64,000 nucleotides of DNA from Epithemia pelagica (lineage: Eukaryota; Protista; Bacillariophyta). Positions 30,001 to 42,705 of this stretch are shown in pieces (positions within the stretch are counted from its first letter, which is position 1; each line of letters opens with the position of its first letter). The notes below the pieces were generated by a model that searched no databases, had not been told where the DNA came from, and worked only from the letters and a program-made list of their open reading frames with translations. The translations under genes were made by a program, and so were the position numbers. The DNA lies in contig OX337228.1 in the NCBI GenBank assembly GCA_946965045.2, forward strand, positions 3,596,001 to 3,660,000. The letters are read 5' to 3'.

Positions 30001-32738
30001 AGACTCGGTAAGCTTGCTGACGATAAACGGGAAGGCCTTCAAATGCTGGACAAGCCAACACTGCAACAGTCAAAACGGACTTCGAAGAGATAACCAGTAA
30101 ATTATTTCCAATTTCGATGTCCGACAACACCATTTGTTCCAAACTTTCAAGAAATCGTTGTAACGATCGAAACAAAGCTTTCATTCGTTGTCGTTCCAGT
30201 CGCTGTTCTTCGATCAAAGCCTTATCCTCTGGAGACAAGGTTGCCTCTGCGGTACCATCCACTGTCGCTTTCTTTTTTTCTGCCAACTCTTTCTTCATCT
30301 GTTCTTCCCATTCTTCTTCTTCGGACATTCGTTTCTTATTATCTCCAGTACTACTTTCCACTTTGTTCTCCCGGAACGGTACACCGCTCGCGCTTCGAAA
30401 AAGAGCTATATCTCGTTCCGTTAAACCCATCAGGTTGCTCAATGTTTCATCCAACTTCGTACACAAGGACTTCGCCGCAGCCTCAGCCAAAGCTTTTGCA
30501 ACAGACACAACCTTCTTCACTGAATCTTCCTCGTCTTCGTCAGGTTGTTGACCCCCTATTCGACCAAGAGTGGTCCATAGGCTAAGCAACGCACGGTGGT
30601 TCGCATCGCTCATGCTACCAAGTCCTAGTATCGATGAGACGAAACCATCAACGTTCACATCCATTAAATGAATGTTCGCAAGCTTCATCAGAGCTTTCCG
30701 CTGACAGCCCGCCAAGCGTAACGAAGATCTAGCATGCGATAAAACCCACAATTTCGGTTCAGAAACTGCCTCTGGAATGAGAAGTTGGGCCACCTTCCGT
30801 ACAAGACTCCATGGCACTTTCCGGCTGGAATATGCTAAGGGGCGCATGTCGTTTTCACGAGCTTGTCTTGTGGAATTCTGTTGAGCTTCCAGTTCCTCTT
30901 TCTCAAGACAAACTTCCTCCACTCGATTCCATATCGCATCGGAAAGCTCTTGTGCGAAGTTCGAAACATTCGACTTCAAAATATCAGTCAAAGCAGCAAG
31001 TATCATATCCTTATCTTTTCTCTCAACTTGCGGTGAAGTAATGCAAAGCACCAAGGCATTGAAGGCCTCTTTCTTTTGCGAAAAAAAGGATGACCCAGTT
31101 TTTGAATGTGCCAATGAAAGGCAATTCGCCACGACACCGGGGTGGCTTTCAACGGAGCCTGGGCCCGAAAAAAGAAAACTGTTGGAAGCATTGAGGACCT
31201 TGTTTATCCAAACCGGAAATGAACCGTTCTGTGGGGAGTAATGGATAAGCGACCAATATAGCGCAAAGAGGGCTGCATCGGCTTTCTTGGGTTTGCTGTT
31301 TTGGACAATTTTTTGCATGGCAGCGGACCAATTTGAAGCTTTCCACATTTCACAAGCGAGTTGTCGTCGTATCTCCATTGTTGGACAACCATACACCAAC
31401 AATGGCAAAATATGAACTGCCTGGTCAGATTGCTTTAAGCACGCCTCTGCTATTGATTCTACAAGGATGCGTACATTATCGCAACTGCCAGGATCCAACG
31501 ATCGCTTGATACAATGAAACAGAACACACAACGAAATAGTAGCTTGCCATGACGCAGATTTATGCGTCGTCTCTTTTCTGGCGAGGGAGCACAATCCGTC
31601 AATAAAGGACTTCGACAACGCCAAAACTGCTTGATCACTGTAGCTCTTGTCCAAAACGCGCGTCATAGTAGAGTTCGCCAACTTGGTAATGCCATGAAGC
31701 AGATCGAGCCGTGCAGGAGCCAAAGCCACTTTGGCGTGGACAAGGTCTTCCAACCACACCAAGGAACCATTGACACGCGAAGTTGCTCCCCATTTTTGAA
31801 TCAAAGTATGAGCGATTGAGCGGTTTTCTACCTTGCTCGACTGAATTTGTTTGATAACTAACTTTCGCCACTCTTCTGATGGAAGTGGTAGAGCTCTTGA
31901 GCCAGCAGCTGCAAGCCAGGAAGAAACAACAGGCAGGGCCTTATCTGGGTGCGATTTGAGCTTAACCAAAAGTGCTGGTAAAATTGTTCCTGACCAAATG
32001 TTTTGAGTAATGCCGTCACTAGACAACCAAGCCTCGGCGATGTCGACCAGACAAAAATGATCCAATGAAACCGACAAAAGTCTTGAAAGCCATCGGTTGT
32101 TTTCAGAAAAATTATCCTCTGATTGGCGATAATGCTCAAACAATGCACCCAATACGATGCTCGGAACCATATGTTCTTTAAATGAAGACAACACAGAATC
32201 AGAATTCATCCCTGCCAGTTCTTCAAGCGAATGGCAAGACAAGTCTGTACGTCCTGCCAACTCTTTCGCCCAGATCAGCATCTTGCTTTGCACCTGAGAG
32301 TGTGCACGAGACAAGTGAAAAACCAAGCCCTCCCACAGTTGATGGACATGACTGACATCTTGGGGCGATGACGCAACCAGTGCAATCACGAAAAGATGTG
32401 CCAGGCGACTGTGGGCATAGTTTGATGGACAAGGAAAGTCTAGGCAAATGGGCGAATCGACCGTACCAAGGAACATCAGTTTGTAAGAAACAAGAAACAT
32501 AGTTTGTAAGACGACGACCACAGGATTCACATGGACCGCACGGCGAGAACGTACCCTTCCACTCAAGAAAATGTCTCCGAAAATCTTCCTCGGTCCGAAG
32601 TTGCTCTTCCAATTCTTGCATCCAAAGTCGTCGCCGACTGCTGGAAACAGTGTCGGCTCGAATGGAAGAAACTCGAATCACTGATTTGGTCCATCCATCC
32701 TCACCAACAGGATCTTCTCTGTTGTCTGTGTTCACCAT
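24040..32738 (-). CDS. GCN1: GCN1 HEAT-repeat eIF2alpha kinase activator; inferred introns 32554-32440, 25875-25706, 25441-25272
   Basis: RRGAAYGLSAAVKG, WRTKQASIHMLGAMSH, VKTRAR/VDPLIKEL-type HEAT repeats; GT-AG introns restore one continuous frame. Confidence 0.93.
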
Positions 32739-33393
32739 TGGGTCTTCGTAGATTTCGTATTAGGAGGTGAAGATTAAGTTAAGACAAGACCGGATCTTTG
32801 ATGTGTGCCGATTGCCGATGTTTAAAAAACCTGAGGCGGTACGAGAAGGCCATACAGCGGTATACGTAACCTTTTATGGCAAGAAGCCAGACATGAGGGT
32901 TGGTCTTATCTTCAGGATGAGTGAACGTTTGATATCCACGTTTGATATCAGAACAAAAGGTTATGAGTACGGACGGAGACAGAGTGGAGACGCAGAGGAA
33001 CTGAAACTGGAGATGGATCAACGGAAGGGAAATGATTCATCACGTCCGTTGAATTTAGTATGCGCGCAACCCGCATGTCGTTGAAGCCCGTCGACCCCAT
33101 AGCCTGAATTCAAGTAGCCAAGTGGTAAGTGGTCGTGTGACGCCAGTGAAATTTCTACTTAAAAACTTTTCCGTTGATTCGAAATAAATGCATATGCGTG
33201 ACCATTACTTATCCTATTATTTCAAATTTCGGCCGGCTTGCATGCGTTGGATGCATGTCCTCTCGTATCTTCCAAACGCAAGCCGCTCAAGAACTCCATC
33301 CAAAGAAAAGGGTCCTAAAATCACCATCACACCTCTATTCCTCATCCTGGCAATGTAGACGAGTGTGATTCCGTCCATCGGTTCCAGTAGACA

Positions 33394-34682
33394 ATGATTC
33401 CTTTCCCTTTCGACGGTGAAGTCCGGAGTATCGACGAAAATGCTGCTCGTATACGGGACGTTGAAGGCCAGACAACCACGATCCATTCTTCAAGATGCGA
33501 CACAACGGATTTGACGAAAAGACGTCAGAAAGATGTCATGTCATCGTTTGGGCCGTTGTCTACCTCGATGGATTCATCAACGTATACGGAAAGACGAAAA
33601 CGTCCAAGCAAAGTGGCTGATTTACGTAAATCGGTAAGCTCTGCGGGAGCTGAAAATCAAATCAACCGTAGCCCATCAAAACTGAGCCCGTCGAAATTGA
33701 GTCCAGGTCGATCTTTAAGCGACAGAGTTCTGAATTTGTCTCGATCCCAACGGAAGCAACTTCTATTCGAGAACAAGAAGAAGAGCAGCATTTCAGACCG
33801 ATCCCAGTCGTTACCCAAAGAAGCGACGCCTCATGATATTCCCCAAAGACCTTCGAGCGAAGAATCATCCGTAGAAATGCACGTGGCGGAACTTCGGAAA
33901 ACGCCCAGCACAATATCAAAAGTGTCAAAAGCAAGCAGCAAGAGTTTGACGGAAATACAGACACCCAAAAATAAAATATGCCTGCACGTTTATGACCTCA
34001 TATCGAAAGACGCACTGATGCTCATTCCACCTTTCGGATGCATCGTTGAGATCGGCCGATGCTTCGCCAACATGAATTCAGCCCTGCATGAGCTGGGTAC
34101 AGGAGCATATCATGTGGGTATTGAGGTCAACGGTGTGGAATATGCATACGGTGCAACAAGCCAACCTGGCAGGTACGTCATTTTTCTGCACTGCAGGTAA
34201 TGATTCGATTTTTCGACTGACAACGAGTTTTTTTGGGATCCAGAACTGGTGTGTTCACATGCTTTCCAAAAATGTCTCCGGGCTATCAGTACCGCACAAC
34301 AATAAATCTCGGTGAAAGGCCTTTGACACGTAGAACTGTTGTTCTCACAGGTAGCAGGGGAGAGCAATCGGAATCGGAGCGCACGCTTGAAGCAACAGCA
34401 GTTCTGAAAGAGATGGCGCTGGAATATTTAGGTACCGATTACGACATTCTTCGCAAGAATTGTTGCTCGTTTGCATGTGATGCCTGCCAGCGTCTGGGAG
34501 TCCCTAACGATGAAATTCCTTCCTGGTTTCGGAATCTCGCCGAATCAGGTGCAGCGACTCAGGACGTTGCGATGGCAACAGTTCAACCCATTGCCAGTGT
34601 ATTATCGACGTTTGAAGATGCTGAAAACAACGAAGAAAGGGCTCCAACAAAAAGTTTTGCACTTGGACGGATGTGTGAATAA
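33394..34682 (+). CDS. PPPDE/DeSI-like (DUF862) peptidase; intron 34173-34243
   Basis: CLHVYDL, GAYHVGIEVNGVEYAYG, YDILRKNCCSFA, IPSW. Confidence 0.9.
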
Positions 34683-34874
34683 CTTAAAAATGAAAATCCA
34701 TCTTTAATCTCATGTAAATATATGGTATTTGTGATTGCCCCAAACTGTAAAGAGGTTGGTCAATTGGAAGAAGCTTTCATGTTCCACATTTGGAAAAGGA
34801 TTGGGACTGTTCCCCCTCTGAAAATGATAATGTCTACTCCAAGAAGCAGCAAGAAAACTCCACAAAGTTTGACT

Positions 34875-35159
34875 TTAGCATATCTCCTGTTCCGAAATAT
34901 AGAGATAGTGCTCGTCGCAGGCCACCAAATACCGGGACGCCGCTAAAGTCACCGTTATTCTGCGAATAGATTCTTTTTCATTCTTGTTCATTTTTAATTG
35001 GCCAGCTTCTTGCATCATGGCAAAGAGAATCGACGCATGATTGCTACGTAATCCTCCTTTGACTATGTTGCCTTTCATATCGAGTACAGAAACTTGAGAA
35101 GGCAAGCTATCTTCAGCTAAATTCACATGAGCGAGCGAGTCTGTGTTATCTGTCATCAT
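34875..35159 (-). CDS. Small roadblock-fold protein, LAMTOR4-like (94 aa)
   Basis: Size and pattern (LDMKGNIVKG...RRITVTLAASRYLVACDEHYLYI) resemble Ragulator LAMTOR4; recalled similarity only. Confidence 0.5.
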   Translation of the reverse strand: MMTDNTDSLAHVNLAEDSLPSQVSVLDMKGNIVKGGLRSNHASILFAMMQEAGQLKMNKNEKESIRRITVTLAASRYLVACDEHYLYISEQEIC

Positions 35160-35528
35160 CGGTGATGGGATGCTTCTGCAGTGTGATGTTGAGAGAGTAA
35201 TTCGATGTTGGATTTGCAGATTGGATCTGAAGTCTAAAAAGTGCCCTAATTCGATGTTGGAGTTCTGGAGAGACTAACGTGCCCCATTTTGATGGAGTGG
35301 GGGTGGTGATCATCACCCCCTTGATTTTAGTACTCCTACTCCTATTACGATGGCTATGTGCTCTATGCGTAAAGAAAAGCGCCAATGGAGTGGAGGAGCA
35401 CGAATCTGTGGCCGCGGCGTCTCTTCTTGTCTATCAATTCATCTTTTGCATTTTGCGGCTCCCCTCCGAACATCTATGAAACTATTTACAAAAGTGGTGT
35501 GTCTGCATTGAAATAGCTCAACTTCATC

Positions 35529-37467
35529 ATGGGTATAATGGAAAAAATAAAAGAGATCGAAGCCGAAATGGCTCGGACTCAAAAGAACAAAGCAACTAAC
35601 GTGAGTCGATATGTTTCCATGAGATTGCAGTTGGAGACCACTCGCTTACTTTATCTTTCATCGCATTCAACTTCTCTCCTCCACATAGTATCACTTAGGA
35701 ACGCTGAAAGCGAAATTGGCAAGGCTAAGAAATGAACTATTTGTTGAACAATCTGGAGGAGGAGGTGGTGGTGGAGGTGAAGGATTTGATGTTGCTCGTA
35801 ATGGGGATGCTCGCATTGCGCTTATTGGATTTCCTTCAGTCGGTAAGCAAGTCGTTTGTTGACTCTCCGAAGGAAGAGACAGTTGTTTCAAGAAGCTAAC
35901 GCACTCATGTCGTGATCATTCACAAGGAAAATCTAGCTTGTTGAGTACCCTGACAAGCACGGAATCCGAAGCGGCCGGTTACGAGTTTACGACTCTCACA
36001 TGTATACCAGGTGTACTCAAGTACAAAGGTAACCCCCGACGTTGGCTGGAACAACCGAAACAATCTTGTGGTAGTGCTCCGCCTCCAAATGGACGACGCC
36101 CACTCATTCCACGTCTTCTTGGGTCAAAAATTTAGGTTCAAAAATCCAGGTTTTAGATCTTCCGGGTATCATCGAAGGCGCTGCTCATGGAGCAGGAAGA
36201 GGGAAAGAAGTTATTGCGGTGGCGCGATCAGCTGATGCCATATTAATTGTCTTGGATGCCGGTAAAGAGGGGCTACAGCGTCATCGAGAGATTCTTGAAC
36301 GAGAGCTCGAGACGGTTGGTATCCGCCTGAATCAAAGAAAACCGGACGTAACTGTTACACAACGAAAGACAGGTGGCGGAGGTGTTCGGTTCGCGAGTAC
36401 AGTTCCCCAACCCCATTTGGGACCCGAGCCAGAGAAGCTCGTCACCCAAATACTGCGAGAGTATAAGGTTGTGTCGGCCGATGTTTTGGCCCGAGAACCA
36501 ATAACTGTTGATCAGTTGGTGGATGTGGTTCAAGGGAATCGCGAGTATAAGCCATGCCTATACTTGTACAATAAAATCGATACAGTGACAATCGAGGAAA
36601 TCGGTAAGTCGCTGTAGTCGCTTCCCCAGACGAACTCTACTTGTCGCAGACACCAATTGCAAACCTACCGTGATATTTTAGCAGTTCACTGGTCGCCACC
36701 CACGGTCCCACTTTGGTCGTATTCGATGATTTGCGTTGTACTCTGGTAGCAGGGCCACATGATCAATCGTCTTTGATCTTAGAATTTCTCGACTCATACA
36801 TTCTTCTGTTTTTCGCCTCTCTTATGAAGATACTTTGGCACGAATGCCACACTCGATGGTTGGCAGTGTCTACAAAGGATTCAATATTAGTCTCGATCCC
36901 AATGAGGACGACTTGCTGAAGCAGAAATTATGGGAATACCTCGGGTTGACGCGAGTGTATACTAAGCGAAAGGGTACGTATGAACCCCATTTCTTTGGTC
37001 TCTGATCTGATGGCCGTCTAAAGAGCCTTCTGTCTGTACTGCTTTGGTCACGTCACCATACAGGGTCACCCCCAGATTTAGAGGAGCCAGTTGTGCTATC
37101 AGAAATTCGAAAGGGTACCAATGTTAAATCGTTATGTGCCAACGTTTCATCGGAATTACTTCGTGATTTTCACTATGCACTGGTTTGGGGCACTAGTGCC
37201 AAACATGCACCTCAGCGATGTGGTTTGGCACACAACCTAGAGGATCAAGACGTTGTCCAAATTGTAAGTAAGGGTAGAACGGTAGAACTGTTTTCCTGCT
37301 GTCGACTCTCTAATTTCACTTCCTTCGTGTGCGGTCAGGTTGCGAAAACCGTGAAACAACAACAGCAGGATAAATCATATTCTGTTTTATCACAAGCTGC
37401 AAATGACAAACATGCAAAAAAGCGTCTCGACGCGAAGAAGCAGAAACAGAAGAGATTGCGAGGCTAA
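35529..37467 (+). CDS. DRG2: Developmentally regulated GTP-binding protein, DRG2/Rbg2 type, multi-exon
   Basis: [57 protein letters not shown], and TGS domain [27 protein letters not shown]. Confidence 0.92.
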
Positions 37468-37623
37468 ATCTAAGGAGCATAACTTCCATTCTTGATCATA
37501 ACAGGTAGTTAAACCTTTCTTCATGTCATGATGAATTGTCTCTTCAATTATATTTGTATCACTGAGATGGAAGATTGCACCTGAACAGTATGTTTGGAAG
37601 AAGCACGGAATGAGAAAAAGTAG

Positions 37624-39573
37624 CTAGTCTTTGGATGCATGGACATAGTCCTGGAAAACAAAGCGCTGCGATATTCCGTCGCATAGGAGTCGAATTCTGT
37701 GCATCATGAACGAAAGTCCCCACGCCGACACACCGACCACTAGAGCTGATCGTTCGCTGAATAAAGGCCTGGCTAGCCCCTGGCGTGCCATATTGAAAGA
37801 AATCAGGGCGAAGGCTGTTGCGGCGCCTGCAGCACCTTGCAAGGTGATCGCAAGACTGCGAGAAAGGTTGGACAACCCTCTCCATCGGTGGAGTGCTCGT
37901 TGACAAACAGGACAGTTAACTGTGTGAGAGAAGTAGCGATCAAGCAAGAGAGAGCGCTGCGTAAGATCCGCGCTGTCGTAGGCATTTGGTGTTCCAGCCA
38001 CGGCATCCGAGAAACGAGCATGTCCGCATAACCGCTCCGTTGATTTGGCCACCTTATGGAGATATCTTCGATATCCATTTACTAGAATGTCGCATGAACC
38101 TGGGGTTGAGTAATCACGGAAAGTCAGGCCTGCTTGTGCCATACGCTGTCCCTGTTTATGTAGAAATACGCCGTCGCCGTCAAAAATTTTGTGCAACACC
38201 ATGTGCGAGGAAACTCGGCGAGGATCAAACACCTTGGCAATAATCAAAGAACGAAGGCTTGATTTCCAAGTTTTTGGCTGGAGCACTCGTTTGAGTTTAT
38301 GAAAGAAGGTCTGATCCTCCTGTTGCGACGAAGGGGCAATTGAGGCACGAGCATTAAACAAAAATACACGACTTTTACCGGGGGACAAGGGACACATGAA
38401 CAGCTCTTGATGCGCGGGAGCCCGCCCCGGTCAAATGCGTCGATATCGAATGTGATTCGGTGCATAAAAGGCAGCAGTACATTCCCAACTATTATCGGCT
38501 GTTCGTCCGGAATACTGCTTAAACCCTTGAAAAATAGGATCGTGTTCACCGGCATTCAACACACGAGCTTGGAGGAATGGTACAGGAGGATCCACTAGGG
38601 TATTGACCTGTTGTATCTCTTGCTCATGTTTTAAGTCATAGTCATATTCCCATTTCACATATTCTTCTTTCTCAGTTTGATTCATCATTTGCATGGGAAG
38701 CTTTCCTCCATTCTCTCGACGCAAAGCACCCACACCATGGTGTGAAAATGGCAAATGGCTGACATCGAGTAAATTCTCGCCCAAAATCTCCATGCCATAG
38801 GGTAAATCGCGCATGTAACAAGATTCTTCTCCGTAATAAGCAATGAATTCTTTCATCACTGGGCTAAGTGGGATTGGGGTTTGCTGACCCAACAAATTGT
38901 ATGATTCTGGATCGGTCCATACCCAGAGAATGCCCAATTGTATCTGTGTTGGATAATTTTCCACTGCCAAACGCTTTGGCAATGTTGATTCTCCGTGGGC
39001 GGTGCCTATCTGTGGTACCTTCACGCACGTTCCATTGCCATCAAATTGCCATCCATGGTAAGCGCATTGAATAGTGTTCTGTAGTGGCATGGCGCAATGA
39101 CTGTCACCAGTGTCGTTCCGATTACCAGAGGGAGTTTCACCGCATACAGGGACGAGCCTTCCCTTGGAAAGAAAAGCGAACCGGTGACTGCATCGATCCT
39201 CCAGAACCACCCAATCAGTGTCTTTGTTCCCTGTCGTCGATGACCCGCGCTGGTACGCAACCAAGTGTTTCCCCAAGACTTGGAGAGAGTTTGGTTTTGA
39301 CGGGGAGAGTGAATTGATGGTTGCCAACGGCCACCAGTTCTGATGGAAAGGCCGAAGTTTTGGCTCCTCGTCAGGGAACACATCCTCAATCGGAGGTTGG
39401 CCTTTTGCGGTACTTTGAGAAGCTCGCGTGTCCACCTTCAGTTGACATTGTTTTGTTCGAGTGGAGGTGGAACTGTGATGCTCACCCGTTGGAGCAAAAC
39501 ATTTGGACAACCTGGGTTGCCAGGAAGAAAAGACCAAAAGAGCAAACCACCGGCCAAGGACCATATCGGTCAT
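37624..39573 (-). pseudogene. PAO-family Rieske oxygenase, probably plastid-targeted, interrupted by one in-frame TGA (38433-38431)
   Basis: Rieske motifs DRCSHR and CAYHGW, Fe-site ENLLDVSHLPFSHH, C-terminal HTVNCPVC. The two track ORFs share one frame and are separated only by a TGA; no plausible intron. Confidence 0.7.
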
Positions 39574-40206
39574 TACCTGTTCCTTTGAGAAAGGAATGAG
39601 GAGCCGAAAGAGAAGAGGGAGTCTGGATCTGAGGTACGTGTTTACTGCGACCAATGCGTAGTGCGCACCACACGCAGTCGCAGGTCGCAGACCGCGGACG
39701 CACACCGGACGGGACAAAGCAATGACGAGAGGCCTAAACGAGAATCGTCGCAAAGTGTGAGTTGCTGGCATCTAGACTGTACAAACGGAACAAGAAACGT
39801 TAAAAGTCCAGCAAAACACCCACGATGCACTGTAGATAGCATTGGGATCCACGAAAGACAACCGTTGCTCATTCGTTCCCTCCTTCTTGTTCGGAAACGA
39901 GAGGGAATTGCAACTGGTGTTGGGGAACGGTTATGTGACTCTCAACTCTCAACCTACGTAGCAGCAACCTGTCCTTGGTGTCCTTCTGGAATGTCCAATG
40001 ATCGATGCATTGTCTTGTTTGATAGAACCAAAGCGTGAATGAGTCTATTGCTAAGAAGCATTACCACTGGAACCTAAATTCTTCTTCATCGGCAGCACTT
40101 CGTTCATTTCACTTTTCGAATCGAGCCGAATTCGTTCACTTGTCCTTGGGAGTTTGGAGAGAATTGCCGTACAAGTGGAGTTGTAGTCGGTTGTGAACAA
40201 GACACA

Positions 40207-42261
40207 ATGATGGCAGCTTCGATGAACGGACAGCCGTCCCTATTAGTTTTGCCGGATGGATCCATGATGATGTCATCTAGTTCCGGTGCCTCCTCAAGAT
40301 CGACCTCTCCTCTTTTGATGCAAGCGTCTCTTGAACCATCGACATCAAACATTTCTTCCCCCATACTTACGGCCGCTGCTTCTGCATCCAATTCGTCAAC
40401 ATCTATCCCCACTTCTGTTACATGCTTCGAAAACAACGGTCCATTGCCGCAGACCAATCATCCATACGGTGGTACCATCTCCACCGATCCATCGGTTGGA
40501 GCTTCCACTCTCCAACTTCTTTCTCATCTCCAGTCACACCACCAGCAGCCTTCCTATCACTCGTCGGCACAACAAGCACTGATATCGACACAAGCAATGC
40601 CTCACGTGCTTCCGCGGCCGCCTGTGCCAATGAACATGAGCGACTTCCCTTCGACTGGTTCGGCCGCATCCGGTGGTTCACAGCACCCTTTGCTCCTCGA
40701 GGAGAACCAGGATGTTGGTGCAGTGCAAGTTCTTCAGGCCTTGAGATCCGTCTCACCCAGTGATCGTAGCCGCGAGATTCCATCCCCCACCACCCAGAGG
40801 AGGACAACGACGACATCTTCAGCTCCAGCTGGCACCGGTGGGGCCCTACAGAGCCACGGCTTTGGTCTCGTTGCTGCACAGGAACCAACGTCGTTGATTC
40901 ATCAGCTTTTCCCGTCCGATGTGATCTTGGACGCGGGGTGTACCACGCTGGACCATTCGCAGCGGTCTTGTCACAGCAGTGGTATGTTGTCTATGCCGGA
41001 CAACAAGAACTACACGTGGCGTCATAACACAGTTTTTGCAGAGCTGGTAGCTGCACACGCACAAGCCTTTGCGACAGCAAATCTTAGTTCCAAATCCGTC
41101 ATTGTGGAAGCCATTGCGACCTCCATCCATCGAAATAATGGGCGTTTCTTGGAACGGCATCCGTCTGGAAATGGGGATTCTACATGTTGGAGGCAAGTAC
41201 GTGGTCATACTCTTGTTCTAGGGGTGGCACAGGCGCTTTGGGAGCACTTGCAACAACTCCGTGCCGAGGAGGCGACTGCGACAAGCTCGTCCAACACGGC
41301 CCTTCCCACTTCGGCATCCACTCTCTCAGACACGGAACCTTCGATGCTTCTTGCCGTCATGGATCGGTCAGAGTTGGGACAGCAACACCCCTCTACTACT
41401 GCCAATAAACCGATGACTGGAAATCTTCCGCAAGCTTCCATGACCTCGTTTGGCACAAATGCATCCGTCCAAGTCCATGGCGAGGGTGATTTCTCGAAGC
41501 AGTCGTTGAAGCCCAGCACTGGGCCATCGTCTGATCATCCTCAAGATCTCAATTCCGTTTCCGCACGCGGGGCTCGGAAACTACCTCTCAAATCGATGGT
41601 ACGGGGGCAAGTCAGTACCAAAAGTCCCATGGGTCTCGTGAAAAAGAAGGCCAATCCTGTGAAGAAGTCCTCTACCAAGACCGCACACAATCCTGACGGA
41701 ACGTTTGCTCACAAACGACCCGCTTCATTCACAGTCTCTGAAAAGAAAGGAATACCAGGCGCTCGACAGAGCCAAGGTAAGCGTCTTTCCAAGCTCGCAT
41801 CGAAAACTAAAGAGCAAGCTGCGGCGAATTTTGATCCTCAAACTTGGCTTGCCGAAAATGGGACGACCGAGGCCTTTACGGCCAAGGCTCAAGAAATTGT
41901 TCCACGGCTATCCGTGAAGGGAATCCCACGTGGAGTAACAGTCCGTCCATCGGGCAAGTGGCAAGCACAATTCTATTTTGAGGGTCAATCTAGGTACATT
42001 TCAGTGTTCGAATCGTCCCACGAAGCAGCCATGACGTATGAATGTGTACATCGTCTCCTTGCAGGTTTCCGTGAACTTTCACGTCTCTACAAGCCTTGTA
42101 AGGATGTGTTGTCATGCGTTGCTGAAGGCTCCACCAATCGCCCCAGAGGATTTTTGACCAAGGAAGAGATTCGAACACTGTTTGACAGTGCCAGGGAAGC
42201 GGCCGTCCTTACAGTGTCCCAACACATGAGCAAGCAGCAACGGGACGAAGAATGCAATTGA
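40207..42261 (+). CDS. 684-aa protein with a DUF6824-like domain and a C-terminal AP2-like DNA-binding domain
   Basis: NTVFAELV...KSVIVEAIATSIHRNNGRFL...W...VAQAL; PRGVTVRPSGKWQAQFYFEGQSRYISVFESSHEAAMTYE. Confidence 0.78.
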   Translation: MMAASMNGQPSLLVLPDGSMMMSSSSGASSRSTSPLLMQASLEPSTSNISSPILTAAASASNSSTSIPTSVTCFENNGPLPQTNHPYGGTISTDPSVGASTLQLLSHLQSHHQQPSYHSSAQQALISTQAMPHVLPRPPVPMNMSDFPSTGSAASGGSQHPLLLEENQDVGAVQVLQALRSVSPSDRSREIPSPTTQRRTTTTSSAPAGTGGALQSHGFGLVAAQEPTSLIHQLFPSDVILDAGCTTLDHSQRSCHSSGMLSMPDNKNYTWRHNTVFAELVAAHAQAFATANLSSKSVIVEAIATSIHRNNGRFLERHPSGNGDSTCWRQVRGHTLVLGVAQALWEHLQQLRAEEATATSSSNTALPTSASTLSDTEPSMLLAVMDRSELGQQHPSTTANKPMTGNLPQASMTSFGTNASVQVHGEGDFSKQSLKPSTGPSSDHPQDLNSVSARGARKLPLKSMVRGQVSTKSPMGLVKKKANPVKKSSTKTAHNPDGTFAHKRPASFTVSEKKGIPGARQSQGKRLSKLASKTKEQAAANFDPQTWLAENGTTEAFTAKAQEIVPRLSVKGIPRGVTVRPSGKWQAQFYFEGQSRYISVFESSHEAAMTYECVHRLLAGFRELSRLYKPCKDVLSCVAEGSTNRPRGFLTKEEIRTLFDSAREAAVLTVSQHMSKQQRDEECN

Positions 42262-42705
42262 CTTTGGAGTGCTCATGAACGATGCTCATAAAACTTGGCA
42301 ACCAATTTATTAAATGAGATGACAGCTATCTATCTATCAAACGAGAAACGATCTTCTCCGGGTAGCCTGATAAGTTGTTCTACTTGGCATAATAATATGC
42401 AGAAGGGTTCTGTTCCACTTGTACCTTGCGGGTAGAATTGTTTATACTAGTGAACCTATGCCGCATCTACATACCACCGTTTCGACTAGTGCAACATTTT
42501 CAAGGCAAATCGAAGGATGAGCTACACCAAAGTGCACCGCGAAAGCTGTGGCGAAGCGTTCTGAATGAACAAAAAAATAAAACCTTATAAAATTTTTACG
42601 GTCACTTTTACAACGATCACATACACTTCGAATAGCATTTCATAGTTGTCGTTCTTCGGAACATTTACTTGACAATATCATCCAGTCCGGCAGTTCATGC
42701 GCAAC

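Noticed and set aside
37470-37623. SECIS for the Rieske in-frame TGA
   Set aside because: An ATGA...TGAT pair exists on the minus strand but lacks a convincing stem and spacing, and the codon is not at an expected Cys position.
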